Shown here piece after piece: positions 23,653-24,254 of a stretch of DNA of 24,254 nucleotides. Within the stretch, counting starts at the first letter, position 1; each line of letters opens with the position of its first letter. Below the pieces are notes generated by a model that saw only the letters and a program-made list of their open reading frames with translations, searched no databases and was not told the origin of the DNA. This DNA is from Welwitschia mirabilis (lineage: Eukaryota), in NCBI GenBank assembly GCA_051453625.1, contig JBOZIK010000001.1, positions 22,509,026 through 22,533,279 of the forward strand, given 5' to 3'. The position numbers and the translations under genes are program-made.

Positions 23653-24254
23653 AGGCAGAGTTTTTGAGAGTTGTCATTACTTTGGTGAGTACTTTGAATC
23701 TTAGTTTAGGTGCTTGTAGCACTAGCCTCATACATTTATCTAAAGTAGCATAGGTTTTTCTTTTTCATATTATTAGTTTTTTGTTTTCAAATAAAAGTTT
23801 TCTTTCTATTTTATAATAAAAAGTTAATCATCTACTTCATTATCTAGATGATGTGTGATGATGACGACCTCTGTTCTATGAGTTTTTGGTTTATGTTTCT
23901 ATCCCAAAAAAAAAAAGAAAAATTAGGGTTTTTCCACTGTCCTCTTTATTGTCCACATGACTTAGGTGGATGATCGTCTATTTTCAGAGTTTTTTGTGTC
24001 TATCAGTTTTGCATTTTTATTTTTTTCTTTTCCCCTTTTTGTGATTCTTATGTTTATGTCATCCTGACTACTATTTAAATTATTGCAGTGATGATACTCT
24101 ATGCATTCCAAAATGAGAATATATGGTAAAATCTAATAAGAAAGAGAAATACTAAAAAGAGTAGCTATTTATTGAATAAAATATCTAAAAAGATTTGATA
24201 GACATGGAAACTAACTCAGATAAGCACAGCAAAGGTATACAAAATTTAGAAATT

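Larger units (their letters stand above)
22039..24254 (+). mobile_element. Element E: 5' end of an Athila-like element (LTR, PBS, 5' UTR), continuing beyond the window
   Basis: LTR homologous to that of A, followed by a PBS and a UTR carrying the family palindromic modules. Confidence 0.8.

Noticed and set aside
1..24254. Fungal origin with true RIP, or a novel prokaryotic/defence system
   Set aside because: Athila-type gag/PBS and Tekay-type RT are plant lineages. No intact ORF, operon or RNA gene is visible.

Overview
AT-rich eukaryotic DNA, almost certainly plant, from a gappy draft scaffold with 10 N-gaps. It is nearly all nested, heavily decayed Ty3/gypsy LTR retrotransposons. I see no intact protein-coding gene, RNA gene or prokaryotic system. 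From left to right: (A) the 3' part of an Athila-like element (protease remnant, long non-coding region, PPT, 3' LTR 3842-5470); (G) a probable LTR remnant ending at 8025; (B) a minus-strand Athila-like RNaseH-integrase remnant; (C) an Athila-like element inserted in B (5' LTR 10565-12089, PBS, gag-PR-RT-RH-INT), cut off in its integrase at 17511; (D) a chromovirus/Tekay-like gag and RT remnant that hosts (F) a 2.6-kb minus-strand TG..CA LTR-like unit and (E) another Athila-like 5' LTR plus PBS inserted right after the RT DD motif. Decay is overwhelmingly C>T/G>A. The most interesting items are unit F (higher-order 20-bp array, TATA box, textbook intron, decayed coiled-coil ORF), a recurrent ~40-bp palindromic module, an Athila-like RT lacking the usual insertion, and the apparent absence of RT/RH/INT in A. 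Many duplications next to gaps look like assembly artefacts. All protein assignments come from manual translation and motif recognition, not database searches.
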